64,000 bases of DNA from Azolla caroliniana (GCA_043228905.1 JBHGNT010000005.1:14756001-14820000); one strand, 5' to 3'. Counted from the stretch's first letter, positions 50,901-64,000 are shown. Program-made: numbers and translations. Notes: generated by a model not told the origin, from the sequence alone.

Positions 50901-51466
50901 TGGACCAAGAAACCCAAGGCGGAGGGACAAAACACCTAAATTCTTGGGGCAGTTTTGTGAGCTTGATGGGACACAAGCTCTAGAGGACCTGGGTGAATGT
51001 AGTGTCCCTATTCCATCCCAATTCGGCCATAGTCCCAAAACTAATTGGAACTCACCAAGAAGGACCTAGTCCCAATCCTAAAGGGGGCGCCACAGTGGTC
51101 TTATCTCAACCCTATCCCAACGGGTAGCCCAAATGGACTACCCAACAACTAGTCTCAACAACCACTAGTGCCCTTATATAAGCAGTCCGTGGGCTGTCTC
51201 CGTCGCCGTCCGCCAGCGGCCGGCCCTGTCATCATCGTCTGTCCGCTCCGTCGGACGTCAGACGACGACCGTCTCTCAGCCGTCATTCAGCTGTCGCCCG
51301 TCGGTTCAACCCCAGCCGCTTCTCTCAGTTCGGTTCGGTTCGGTTCGGCTGTGTCTTTCCCACTACCTTTCGGAGTTCGGCCGGTTTGGCCATTCCTATT
51401 TGACGGCCGTCTTAGTCCGGCTACCGGACTGTCTTTCCGCCTCTGCTCGTCTTCTACTACTGCTCC

Positions 51467-54400
51467 TGTTAATTATCCGGTCACTATTTTGTTTTGTTTT
51501 TTTTTTAATAACATTTATTATTATTATTATTAGATAGTAATATGAAACAAAACAAAAGTTTTGTTTCTTTAGTAATTATTACCCTTACTTTATTCTTTAA
51601 AAGGGTAAATGTAAGTTACGTTTTTTAGTGAGTAAAGAAAGAAAATAATAATAGTAATAATAATAATAAAGAGTAAAACAAAACAAAACGACCGTTTTTG
51701 TTTTGAGAGAGACAAAGAGAAGGTGGAAAGGAGATATATATATATATGGGAAGAGATGAGAACAAAGTATGAGAGCGTGAAGGAGAGTGAAGCATTGTGA
51801 AGCATAGAGAAGCTTGGTGAAGCTTGGTGAAGCTTGGTGAAGCTTGGTGCTCGACTCATCTACTCTTAATCTTCTTTCCATCTCCGCTACTCAACGTGAG
51901 ATCTACACGGCTACTACTTCGACTTGTGGACATTCTTATCCGGGTTTTCTTCTCTCTTCTTTTCTACTATATGCTTGAGAGATAGTCTTATCCCTTTGGA
52001 TTATTGTACCATTTTTGTCGGTAGTATTATGCTACATATCTCTACATATTTCTAGTATATCTAGAAGTAGAACTTGTACTTTGTGTTGTATCTCTTTCTT
52101 GATAGTGGATTGGTTTTGGACTTTTGTCCCGTGGTTGTTTCCCTCATTGAGGGTTTTTCCACGTTAAATCTTGTGTAATGTTTTTTGTGTCATTGTGTGT
52201 GTGTTGTTGTGTTCCTTTTACATTATAATCGAGCATAAAACGTGACGCGTGTTACACTCTTACGTGTCTATACCTCTTCAAGTGGTATCAGAGCGGAGGT
52301 TGTGTTTTTTTTGCTTGATTATAAATGGAGGCAAACACATCAACAATGGTTGTTTTAAATGGCACGAACTATCAAAAATGGAAAGGAAAAATGAAAGATT
52401 TGCTTTTTGTTAAAAATATGCATTTACCTATATTTGCAAAAATTAAACCCGAAAAGAAAAATAATGAGTGGGATTTTGAAAATGAACAAGTATGTGCTTT
52501 CATTCGACAATGGGTAGGAGATAATGTCTTGAATCATATTGTGAATGAAACAAATGCAAAGACTTTGTGGAATAAATTAGAAACCTTATATGCTTCTAGA
52601 ACCGGTAACAATAAGTTGTTTTTACTTAAACAAGCAATGCATTTGACTTATAAAGAAAATAAGTCGGTTTTAGATCATTTAAATGAGTTTCAAGGATGTT
52701 TTGATCAATTGTCTAGCATGGGTATAAAGTTTGAAGAAGAAGTTCTTTCTTTATGGTTGCTAAATACTCTTCCCGAGTCATGGGAAACATTTAGGGTTAC
52801 TCTAGCTAGTGCGGCTCCTAAGGAAGGCATGACAATGGAACTTGTGAAGAGTGGAATTCTAAATGAAGAAATTCGGCGAAGGACGCAAGGAGCAACATCA
52901 AACATGGACGCCTTCGTTGCAGAAAATAGAGGAAGAAGCCAAAAGAGGAGTGATGACCGAAACAACAAAGGTAGAAGTAGAAGTAAGTCAAAGTCTAAAT
53001 ATAAAGATTTAGTTTGTCATTTTTGTGGTAAGACAGGTCACATAAAGAAATATTGTTTCAAATGGAAGAAGGAAAATAAGGTGTCGAACTACATGAAAGA
53101 TAAGAAAAATGTGAATGACAATATCGATTCTGTTAATGTTGCTTCCTCTAATGATTTACTTGTTGTATGTACAAGTTACAATGAAGTTAACATAAGTAGC
53201 CATGAAACCACTTGGGTTCTTGATAGTGGTGCCTCCCACCATGTTACGTCCAGAAGGGATTTTTTCTCATCTTACACTCCAGGTGACTATGGTGTTGTGA
53301 AGATGGGGAATGATGGATTTGCAAAGGTAGTCGGCACAGGAACCATTTGCTTGCAAACCAACACGGGATTCAAGCTGATTCTACATCAAGTACGACACGT
53401 GCCCGATATTAGATTGGATCTAATCTCCACAGGTACATTAGATGACGAGGGTTATAGTCATGCGTCTCAAAATGGTAAGTGGAAAATTTGTAAGGGTTCT
53501 ATGATTATTGCGAAAGCTAATAAATGTTGTCATAATGGTCTATATCTTTTGCAAGCTTCTATCTCTACTGACTTTGTCAATGCAGTTGAAAATCAAGATG
53601 TTTCAAAATTGTGGCATAAGAGATTGTCCCATATTAGTGAAAAGGGACTTGACTTTCTAGCAAAAAAGAACGTCCTACCAGGTTTAAAAGATGTGAAGTT
53701 AGATACATGTGATCACTGTTTGGCAGGGAAGGCTAAGAGGGTTTCCTTTAAGCATTCTTCTCTTCGACGAAAAGGTATACTCGATCTAGTGCATTCTGAT
53801 GTGTGTGGACCCTTGAAGGTAAGGTCAATGGGTGGAGCACTTTATTTCGTTACTTTCATTGATGATCATTCTAGGAAGCTTTGGGTTCGAATGTTGAAAT
53901 CAAAAGATCAAGTTTTTGATGTTTTTAAAGAGTTTCATGTTTTTGTTGAGAGAGAAACAGGGAAGAAACTGAAGTGTATTCGTAGCGATAATGGTGGCGA
54001 ATACTGTGGATCTTTCGATGCGTATTGTCGAGAGCAAGGTATCAAACATCAAAGAACCCCTCCTAAGACTCCCCAATTAAATGGTTTGGCCGAAAGAATG
54101 AATAGAACCTTAGTTGAAAGAGTTAGGTGCTTACTCTCAGATGCAAGGTTACCTAAATCATTTTGGGGTGAGGCTTTGAATACTGTTGCACATATCATTA
54201 ATTTATCTCCTACTACCGCATTGCAAGGTGATGTACCAAATAGAGTATGGTATGGTAAAGATGTCTCTTATGATTATTTACGTGTGTTTGGGTGTAAGTG
54301 TTTTGTGCATATACCCAAGGATGAAAGATCAAAGTTAGATGCTAAATCTAAACAATGCATTTTTATTGGATATGGTCAAGATGATTTTGGTTATAGGTGT

Positions 54401-57193
54401 TACGATCCTGTGGGAAAGAAGCTTATTAGGAGTCGTGACGTAGTGTTCATCGAAGACCAAACCATTGAGGACATTGACAAGGCGGAAAGGTCAAATACCC
54501 CTTCAGATGGTGACCTAGTAGATATTGAACCAATTCCTATGATGGATGATGATACACAAGAGAATGCCTCACAACAAGAAGAGCAACATGAGGATGTTGT
54601 TGAGCCGTTGATTATAGATGATGCTAGTAATGATGTTGTTTTGCCAGAGACAGGTCTTGAGCGGGGGGAGGAACTCCCATTACAAGAGGTGGCAAATCAA
54701 CCTTTAAGGAGATCTACTAGAGAACGACGACCATCCATGAGGTATCCTAGCTCTGAATATGTTTTACTCACTAATGACGGTGAACCGGAAAGTTTTCATG
54801 ATGTGCAAACTCTTAAAGACAAAGATAGTTGGGTAGAGGCCATGCATGAAGAAATTAATTCTTTGAAAAAGAATAACACATTTGAGCTAGTTGAACTTCC
54901 TAAGGGTAGGAAAGCTTTGAAAAATAAATGGGAGTTTAAGTTGAAAAGGGGTGATGATAACTTTATAAAATATAAAGCTCGTTTGGTAGTAAAAGGATAT
55001 GGTCAAAAGAAAGGAATTGACTTTGATGAAATTTTCTCACCAGTTGTGAAATTAAGTTCAATACGAATTGTGTTAGGTTTGGTAGCTAGTTTAAACCTTG
55101 AACTTGAACAATTAGATGTGAAAACTGCTTTTTTACATGGTGACCTAGATGAGGAAATATACATGGAACAACCAGAGGGTTTTAAAGAGAAAGGGAAAGA
55201 ACATTTGGTATGTAGGTTGAAAAAGAGTCTCTATGGCCTAAAACAAGCACCGCACCAATGGTATAAAAAGTTTGATTCTTTTATGGTGAATCAAGGTTAT
55301 AAAAGAACTAATGCGGACCATTGTGTGTATGTTAAACAATTTGAGGATGGTAATTTTATTATACTTCTTTTGTATGTTGATGATATGCTAATTGTTGGGC
55401 AAGACCTAAATATGATTAATAGGTTAAAAGTGGAGTTATCTAAAACTTTTGACATGAAAGATTTAGGGCCTTCTAAGCACATTTTAGGTATGCAAATAAC
55501 TCGTGATAGAGAATCAAAGAAATTGTGGCTTTCACAAGAAACGTACATAGAAAGAATCCTCGAAAGGTTCAACATACAATATTCGAAACCAGTAAGTACT
55601 CCTCTTGCCACTCACTTTAAATTGAGTAGGAAATGTTGTCCAATTACCGAGGAGGAAAGAGATGAGATGTCATCGATTCCCTATGCCTCGGCGGTTGGAT
55701 CTTTAATGTATGCTATGGTTAGCACACGACCAGATATTGCACATGCAGTTGGTACAGTGAGTAGGTATCTCTCTAACCCTGGTAAATCTCATTGGAATGC
55801 CGTAAAATGGATTTTACGGTATTTGAGAGGTACATCTAAGTTGTGCATTTGTTTTGGAGGTTCTAAACCAATTCTTGAAGGCTTTACAGATGCGGACATG
55901 GCTGGAGATCTTGATGGTAGAAAATCTACATCCGGTTTCTTATTTACTTTTGCAGGGGGAGCTATATCATGGCAATCCAAATTGCAAAAGTGTGTTGCCT
56001 TGTCCACTACGGAAGCTGAATACATTGCGGCAACTGAGGCTGGCAAAGAAATGCTTTGGATGAAAAGGTTTCTTTTAGAATTGGGTTTGAGCCAATTAAC
56101 TTATGTGGTTTTTTGTGACAGTCAAAGTGCAATGGACCTAAGCAAGAACTCAATGTATCACTCACGAACAAAACATATTGACGTGAGGTATCATTGGTTA
56201 CGATTAGCTATCGAGGAGCAAAAGTTGTAACTAGAGAAAGTTCACACTGATGATAACGTTGCTGACATGCTAACAAAGGTGGTTCCAAGGGAGAAGCTTG
56301 AGCTATGTGCCAAGCTTGCCGGAATGGAGATGAATTGAGACACAAGCAATTCTCTCCTTGTGTGACCGGAGGGGGAGATTGTTAATTATCCGGTCACTAT
56401 TTTGTTTTGTTTTTTTTTTAATAACATTTATTATTATTATTATTAGATAGTAATATGAAACAAAACAAAAGTTTTGTTTCTTTAGTAATTATTACCCTTA
56501 CTTTATTCTTTAAAAGGGTAAATGTAAGTTACGTTTTTTAGTGAGTAAAGAAAGAAAATAATAATAGTAATAATAATAATAAAGAGTAAAACAAAACAAA
56601 ACGACCGTTTTTGTTTTGAGAGAGACAAAGAGAAGGTGGAAAGGAGATATATATATATATGGGAAGAGATGAGAACAAAGTATGAGAGCGTGAAGGAGAG
56701 TGAAGCATTGTGAAGCTTGGTGAAGCTTGGTGAAGCTTGGTGAAGCTTGGTGAAGCTTGGTGCTCGACTCATCTACTCTTAATCTTCTTTCCATCTCCGC
56801 TACTCAACGTGAGATCTACACGGCTACTACTTCGACTTGTGGACATTCTTATCCGGGTTTTCTTCTCTCTTCTTTTCTACTATATGCTTGAGAGATAGTC
56901 TTATCCCTTTGGATTATTGTACCATTTTTGTCGGTAGTATTATGCTACATATCTCTACATATTTCTAGTATATCTAGAAGTAGAACTTGTACTTTGTGTT
57001 GTATCTCTTTCTTGATAGTGGATTGGTTTTGGACTTTTGTCCCGTGGTTGTTTCCCTCATTGAGGGTTTTTCCACGTTAAATCTTGTGTAATGTTTTTTG
57101 TGTCATTGTGTGTGTGTTGTTGTGTTCCTTTTACATTATAATCGAGCATAAAACGTGACGCGTGTTACACTCTTACGTGTCTATACCTCTTCA
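51467..57193 (+). mobile_element. Ty1/copia element J (Tnt1/Tto1-like), full-length and very young
   Basis: 814-bp LTRs 51467-52280 and 56380-57193, TSD GCTCC, PBS TGGTATCAGAGC 52283-52294, PPT GAGGGGGAGA. Confidence 0.98.
52325..56338 (+). CDS. gag-pol polyprotein of J with one premature TAA at 56228-56230
   Basis: 1301-aa ORF with CCHC, DSGAS, HSDVCGP, SDNGGEY, YVDDML, TDADMAG; frame continues LEKVHTDDNVADMLTK...MN* to 56338. Confidence 0.95.
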
Positions 57194-57235
57194 GCTCCCA
57201 CTGTCTCACAGAGTTGCGTCTTCAAGCTTCTATCA

Positions 57236-58048
57236 TCACTTTTCGGCAAGACTTTCCTCAGCCTTTGAAACCATTACAGAGTGCTGCTCTTTGCCATTAT
57301 CATCAATGTCCAACATGAGGGCGGTGATATACGATCTCCAATCTTCTTCCGTTTTAGCCTGTTTGCCCATGATCAAACGACGATGTGACTCCGGAAACAG
57401 TTTTACATCCCTCACCTCCCACCACCATAAACAGTGTTCCAAATCATCTTCTAGTACATACATCTGCATCAGGATTCAGAATACCAAACATGAGGATGCT
57501 ACATCTCAACGTACACAACGTCATTGAAAAGCTTGATTCGGGGATCAGTGATAGTAGTCCTAAGTTTTCCATAGATTTATGTCGCAAGCTTCGAGAATGG
57601 AAGGCTGCTGTCTTCGATGAGACTAGCTATTTCTGCTCTTTGCTTGAGCATAGGTAAAGTGTTCCTAGGAGGACGCCACTCAGTGTTAGACCGCACTTTT
57701 CCTTAACCTTCACGAAAGAAATAAACAAGAGAATCAATCTCTGACTGGAACGTATTGATGAGAGATCATTTTTCTTCTGCATCAAGAACAGAAGCAATGA
57801 TGTAATTCCGCTTGCGTGTGGATCCTGTTCTCTTAGCAGACTTACAAATCACTAGACCAAATGACCCCCACCTCTGATTTCGCTGAATTAATCTTATAAC
57901 CATCACCAACTTCTGATTTCGTGTGTACATGTTGCATCTCTAGAACAGATTCAGGAATAGTTATCTCATCTCCGTTGTTTTGTCTCCTTCTAGATCTACG
58001 ACCTTTCTTTGCCGATTTAGTGGGAAGGGTAGAAGCTTCTACTGCCAT
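57236..58048 (-). pseudogene. FAS1: FAS1 / CAF-1 p150 N-terminal fragment, decayed, inside family-X internal region
   Basis: IASLIEDSSLPFSKLA...MFGILNPDADV(4-bp duplication)LEDDLEHCLWWWEVRDVKLFP...VSKAEESLA matches the plant FAS1 motifs EExSLPLSKL and [27 protein letters not shown]; the 5' part (57660-58048) is less certain. Confidence 0.82.
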
Positions 58049-58600
58049 AATATTAGGATCAACGTTTTCAAGTGCAGAAGAAGAAGAAGAAAACATGGCT
58101 CAAGTAGAAGGTTTTGGCACCAAAAACAAAATGGCTTTGATTGTGGGGGGAAAGGAGGGGCAAGGATGTCTAGGGAAAGCTTTTGCAGAACACACTGTCA
58201 CGATCACAGACCCATGTGATCAAGTCTTCACTCTGCTGCTGAACCCTTAATGTATCGTTGAGAGAGAGTGACTATGGACTACCTACCAAGCTTCTAAGAA
58301 ATAGTAGGAGGGCGGAAATGCCTAATGGATAAAGGCATTTGATTTCTCTCACACGGAGAGTCCATGCACAAATCACACTCTCTAACATATAACATACAGA
58401 CACGCAGCAAACACGCGGAGAGAATGAGAGAGATATTAGACTTCCTCTTGAAGGGAGGGTTGGGTGGGGGAAACTGAAGAAGTTCATCTCATGGCACACC
58501 CACCATTTCTTCGGCTGCACCAACACATAAACACAAATGAGCAGAGAAGGAGAGAGAGTCTTGTTCTCCGGGGGAGGGTCGGCCGTTCATGCATGCCAGG

Positions 58601-58957
58601 TGTTGATGGGGTGGGGGGTGGAGCCAAGAACAGCTCCACCCCTCTCCCAATGGGGTTACGTGAGAGAGAGAGAGAGAATGACAAAACCAGAAAGGAAAAT
58701 TCTATATCTCATTCATTACATGCCCCATAGGGATTTATTTATATAGTATATATTGTAATGATTACATAATATGACTGTTAATATGTTAATATGACTGTTA
58801 CAAAAGAAGACCATTACATTCTTGTACATATGCGCATAATTGTGCATGTCTTCACACATATTTATTCTCACTCACATTCGTATACATTACACATATACCA
58901 CAACCCCTTTAACGTGTTTTACCCTTTAACTGCCCCGTACAACTCCTATGGTTAATA
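58601..58957 (-). mobile_element. Family X 5' LTR (diverged subfamily) with adjacent PBS-like TGGCATGC
   Basis: Homologous to 4455-4799 and 34518-34858; TGGCATGC starts 2 nt after the CAACA end on minus; partner LTR not found in the window. Confidence 0.88.
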
Positions 58958-61035
58958 TAAATATGTTTTGATATGCCTACTAGTGGCTATTTTTGTAAAT
59001 AACCCTAAGGTTATATGAGTATAAATATAACTAGGGCAAAACATGATGATGAGGATGTCATTGTAGTTGTTGTAACTCATAGATCGAGAGAGAGTGAAAG
59101 GCTTTTTTTTCTCTGTAGTAACTGTCGTCAAACGAATAAGAACTCAAGGTTGTTGCCTTTAGAGTCTCTTGTTTTACTCCTCTCATACTGTAGTGATCTT
59201 GTTCGGAGTTTGTGAACTCCCGTAGTTTTTTCCCATTTTAGGGTTTTCCACGTTAACATCCTATGTCGGTTTGTCTCTGTGTGAGTGAGTGCAATATTCT
59301 GATTTTCGATCTTGTGCTTCAATCTCAGTTGTGGCCAAGACCCATTTTCAACAAATTGGTATCAGAACAAAGGTTCACAACCTTCAGACAAAAGAAAATG
59401 GAAGACTCATTCGCTAGAATGTTTAAATTGACTGACGCCAACTACTCAGCGTGGAAATCGAAGATGAGAGACATGTTGGCATGCAGAGACCTCTGGCTGC
59501 CGGTGCAACTTGGAGACAAAAGGCCTGACAAAATCGATGCATCGACTCCTTCATGACGGATCAAGGGTACCACAAGACGCAAGCTGATAACTGCGTGTTT
59601 GTGAAGAAATTTGACGGAGGAGATTTCTTGATATTGCTCCTGTACGTGGACAACATGTTGATCATCAGACGAGACCAAGTCAAGATACGAATGCTAAAGA
59701 AGGCCCTAAACCGAACTTTCTCAATGAATGATTTGGGTCCGACAAGACAAATATTAGGGATGCACATAATCCGGAACCGGTCGGAGAAGCTGTTGTGGCT
59801 ATCATAGGAGAAGTACGTGACAAAGGTTCTTCAAAGGTTCAACATGTTGGAGGCGAAACCGGTCGGATTGACACTTCCGGAAAACTGCAAGTTGTCTAGA
59901 AAGTAGAGCCCGAAGACAAGGATAGAGAAGTCGGATATGACGAAGATACCATATGCCTCTACCGTCAGAAGCTTAATGTATGCAATGGTGTGCACCTGCC
60001 GGATATTGCATATGTTGGAGTAGTCAGCCGGTTCATGAGCAACCTGGGAAGAGAACACTAGAACGCGGTCAAGTGGATACTCCGGTATCTGAAAGGCACC
60101 TTGAGTATGTCCTCTGGTTTGGCTCCGGATCGATTCACGGATTCGGATATGTCAGCTGATGCGGATACCAGCCGGTCTACATCGGGATATGTCATGACTT
60201 ATGTAGGGGGAGTTGTATCATGGCAATCGAGGCTGTAGAAGTCCTTTGCACTATCGACAACGGAATCAGAGTACATGGCAGTTGTGGAAGCCGGCAAGGA
60301 GATAATTTGGATGAAGGACTTCATCGGAGAGCTAGGGATCCGTCAAGAGGAATTCTGGCTCTATCGCAACAGTCAAAGTGTCATCCACCTTGCAAAGAAT
60401 GCAACCTACCATTCCCGGACCAAGCACATACAGAGGAGATATCACTGGCTCCGGGAGAAGGTAGAAGATCAAGATTTCGTGCTGATGAAGATCCACACGA
60501 AGGAGAACAGATCAAATATGCTGACCAAGGTGATTTCAACCGACAAGCTAGACATGTGCCGGAAACGGATCGGATTAACGAGAAATCCCATGTCAGAGTG
60601 AAGGGGGAGTTTGTTTGGAATTTGGTCCCTTCGGATGGGATCCAGATGAGAACCAGATCGGAGTTTCTGGATGAGAACCAGAGGAGCCGGATCGGACGAG
60701 CTGGATGAATAAGCAAGATTCGGAAGGGTTCCAGATAAGATCCGGAAACTGGAACCAGTGAATCCGGATAGATCCGGTGCGAACCGGATCCAAGGACATA
60801 TATTCTAAATATGTTAGAGTACGTAAGCCCACTGAGGCTATATTTGTAAATAGCCTAAAAGTCATATAAGTATAAATATGACTTAGGGCAATCACTTGGT
60901 AGAGTTGTAGAAGGTTGTTGTTGTATATTGTTAGAGAGAGAGTGAAAGAGAGAGAGAGAAAGAGATACAGAGCGATACTCTATTCTAACCGCCGCTTGGT
61001 GAAGATACAGAGCTCGAGGTCCCTCTCATCGTTGC
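58958..61035 (+). mobile_element. Copia H (B-related), internally deleted and possibly chimeric
   Basis: LTR 3' part 58958-59353, PBS 59357, gag start fused directly to RT at ~59545, RH to 60601, PPT AAGGGGGAG, truncated 3' LTR from 60612. Confidence 0.88.
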
Positions 61036-64000
61036 AGTTACCCAAAGCAAGATCAGCCTAGATAATCAGCACAGAATTTGTGATAGGCATCCTAAAATCG
61101 ACACTCGAAATCGAAATCGCCAAATTCGGGTTTTATTCGGCTAAGTCAATTGACTGTAGTCACTTTGGACCAAACTCGCCAATAGTCGAAGTCGATTCAA
61201 CTTGTGTTCAAATCCGACTAGAACAACATCAGGAGAGCCAGTCTGCTACTTCCCACCACTGTTCGTAGTCGACTTCATATAGAGTCCATTCAACCGACAC
61301 AAATGGCATCAACATCCGGCTCACCAGAGATGAATCTGAGGAAGTTCGACGGATCGAACTTCAACTTCTGGAAGGAAAAGATGCAGAACTATCTAATAGT
61401 CAAGGGTTAGATCCATCCAATCGAGAACGACAACCCTCCAGAAGGATAGAAGATGATTGAGTGGCAGAAGCTTGATAGAATTGTCCGCGCCACAATTCGG
61501 ATGCACTTGTCGAAGTCCGTGTACTTCACGGTGCAATCGTGTTTGACTGCCTTCCAACTATGGAAGACACTTTCAGATAGTTATGAATTTAAGAAGGTCG
61601 CCACCACTAAGATATATTTGATTCGGTGCCTTTACAACCTTTGGATGAAAGAATCTGACTCAGTCAAGGCACACCTGAACGAGTACTAAGAGAACTATTG
61701 CTCATGATCAGTGTCCCCCTTTCGTGGGAAACTTTCACCACTGTTTGGGTGCTACACGTCGACTGCGGCCGTCAAATACTCCTCAGTCACGAGTGCAATT
61801 TTGACTAAATCAGCTCGGAGAAAATCATTTGCAAACGATTCGGCCAATGATGCCTATAGTACAAGGTTCGACCAACCAATTGAACAGTCGAGGAAGAAGT
61901 TCCTCTCGACAACCGAACAACCAGCGAAGTCGGAGCAAATCCCGGGATAATCGAGTCTACAATTATTTCAAGAAACCCGGACACATCAAAGCGGACTATC
62001 ACTCACTCAAAGCCAAAAATGACAAAACTCAATGAGCGGATCAGAAAAGTGGCGGTCATGAGAAGGTCAATTACGTCAACTCTTGAGCCGAAGTACTATC
62101 GAGCGAACGTACTATCCATTGAGAACCTAGTCGAATCAGAAGTTCTGATTACTACTGAGGAATTGACCACATAGCTCTTGTATTCGGGCACATCATAACT
62201 CAGTTCGAGCCGGAAATTCACAACACTGCACCATAATCGGAATCGGCACAATAGAGCTCAACCTTCCAGGTGTGTCTACATTGGTACTACACAATGTCTG
62301 ACATGTACCTGAGCTCTCAAGACCATTGATCTTAGTCGAATAATTTGATGAAGATGGCATTCTTGTTGGCTTCTCATCAGGAGGGTGGACACTCCACAGG
62401 GGGAACCTCCTACTTGCTCGAGGACCAAAAGTACATTCGTTGTACCCATTACATGTCACACTCAGACAGGGTGACTTGTTCTTGGTTGACATTCCCGTGT
62501 CATCACTATGACATGGATGACTCAGACAGCTCAGCAAGGCTAACATCACACATCTATCTAGAGTCGGATACATCCCCAAACTCTCCTTCTCTGATCATCA
62601 GTTCTGTTAGCATTGCCAATATGGCAAATAGATAGTCGTATCACATCCAACATCCGCACTGAGAGAATTTAGTCCACTCAGACGTCTGTGGTCCTATGCC
62701 ACATCAGTCTCTCGGTGGTGCTTTGTACTTCGTCAGCTTTATCGACTACTTGACTCGCAAGGTGTGGGCTTATATGATAAAAAACAAAGATCAAGTGTTC
62801 TTGATTTTTTCCGATTGGCTCGCTATGGTAGAGAACCAGAATGGTCGAAAGTTGAAATGCCTTCGAACCGATAATGGAGGAGAGTTCAAATCTAAAGAAT
62901 TCGTCAAATTTTGCCAACAACACAACATTCAAATGTGAATATACGAAACCCTACAGTCTGAAGCAGAATGGAATTGCCGAGCGAATGAATCAGACAATAC
63001 AAGAAAGGATAGTTTTTATGCTCCAACACTCTGCACTATCGGATGGCTTCTAGGCAGAGGCCCTACTTACAATAGTACACATAATCAATACGTCACCAAG
63101 TAGGCCTCTAGGACTTCCAATACCTTAGGAATTATGGACCGACAGAAAGACGAATTACAACAAGTTGAGGATTTTCGGGTGCAAGGCATACACCCTCATA
63201 CCAAAAGATGACCACCGCAAGCTTGCATCAAGATCCACGAAATGCATTTTCCTCAGCTATGGATCAGACGGGGAGATTGGATAACGACTTTGGAACCCTG
63301 AGCACAGACAGATCGTCTGAAGTTCAGACGTTGTGTTCAATGAATCGGCTATGCATAAGTCGGCCGAAAGGCGTATTGAAGTACCGACCCTTCACGAAGG
63401 CCCAACACATAACACACGGTCGGCTTCACAAGTAGCCAAAAACTCTAGCACCGCCTTGAGAACACCCGACTTAGCACAACTGAACGATTCGGCTTTGGAC
63501 CATCCGATCCCGATACCCGACGCGACTAGTCCAATCATCCCTCGAAGATTCGAGAGACTATCGCAACCCCTGCAGAGGCACTCTCCTGGAATCTTCGTTA
63601 CGAATGCCAGTGAACCAATGTCATACGAAGAAGCATCGGCATCCGTCGATTCGGCCACATGGCATCTAGCGTTGGAGTCGAAAATTCCATTCGACAAAAT
63701 AAGTTGGGACATGGTCGACTTACTAAAAAATCGATGTGCTCTTCCGTGCAAGTGGGTCTATAGACTAAAAGAAACATCTGATTTGGCCACCCCAAAATTC
63801 AAGGCTAGATTAGTTGCGAAAGGATTTCAACAAGAATATGGCATTGATTTCGACGAGATCTTTTCACCAGTGGTGAAAGTGACAACTCTTTGATTCATGC
63901 TTAGCGTCGTGGCAACCAAAGATTTGGAGCTAATTCAGCTAGATGTAAAAGCCGTTTTCCTCCATGGTGATTTAGATGAGGAAATTTATATGGAGCAATC
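61036..64000 (+). mobile_element. Decayed Ty1/copia element I (gag to RT start; runs off window)
   Basis: KFDGSNFNFWK, IRMHLSKSV, DVCGPM, RTDNGGEF, KARLVAKGF, QLDVKAVFLHGDLDEEIYMEQ. Confidence 0.9.

Overview
Eukaryotic plant DNA, most likely from a lineage with flagellated sperm (fern, lycophyte or bryophyte; inferred from a canonical LC8 gene). Most of the window is a nested pile of Ty3/gypsy and Ty1/copia LTR retrotransposons, most resolvable to the base by LTR termini, primer-binding sites (PBS), polypurine tracts (PPT) and target-site duplications (TSD). There is one intact host gene, a 3-exon dynein light chain LC8 (27519-29158), and four decayed host-gene fragments: RACK1, atypical E2F/DEL, SAM synthetase and FAS1/CAF-1 p150. 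The most unusual signal is a non-coding LTR family, called family X here (~345-bp LTRs at 4455, 7371, 34518 and 58601). Its reconstructable copy has a tRNA-Arg PBS after the 5' LTR and a sense-strand copy of the same tRNA 3' end where the PPT should be, which suggests tRNA priming of both strands. Its internal regions carry host fragments in sense orientation (RACK1, DEL, FAS1), and this copy was later split by a ~2.8-kb inversion. Two other LTR families carry an antisense tRNA-like A/B-box module in U3. A young intact gypsy element has a -1 frameshift signal with a possible pseudoknot, a tRNA-Trp PBS and a 4-bp TSD. All homology calls come from recognising motifs by eye; no searches were run.
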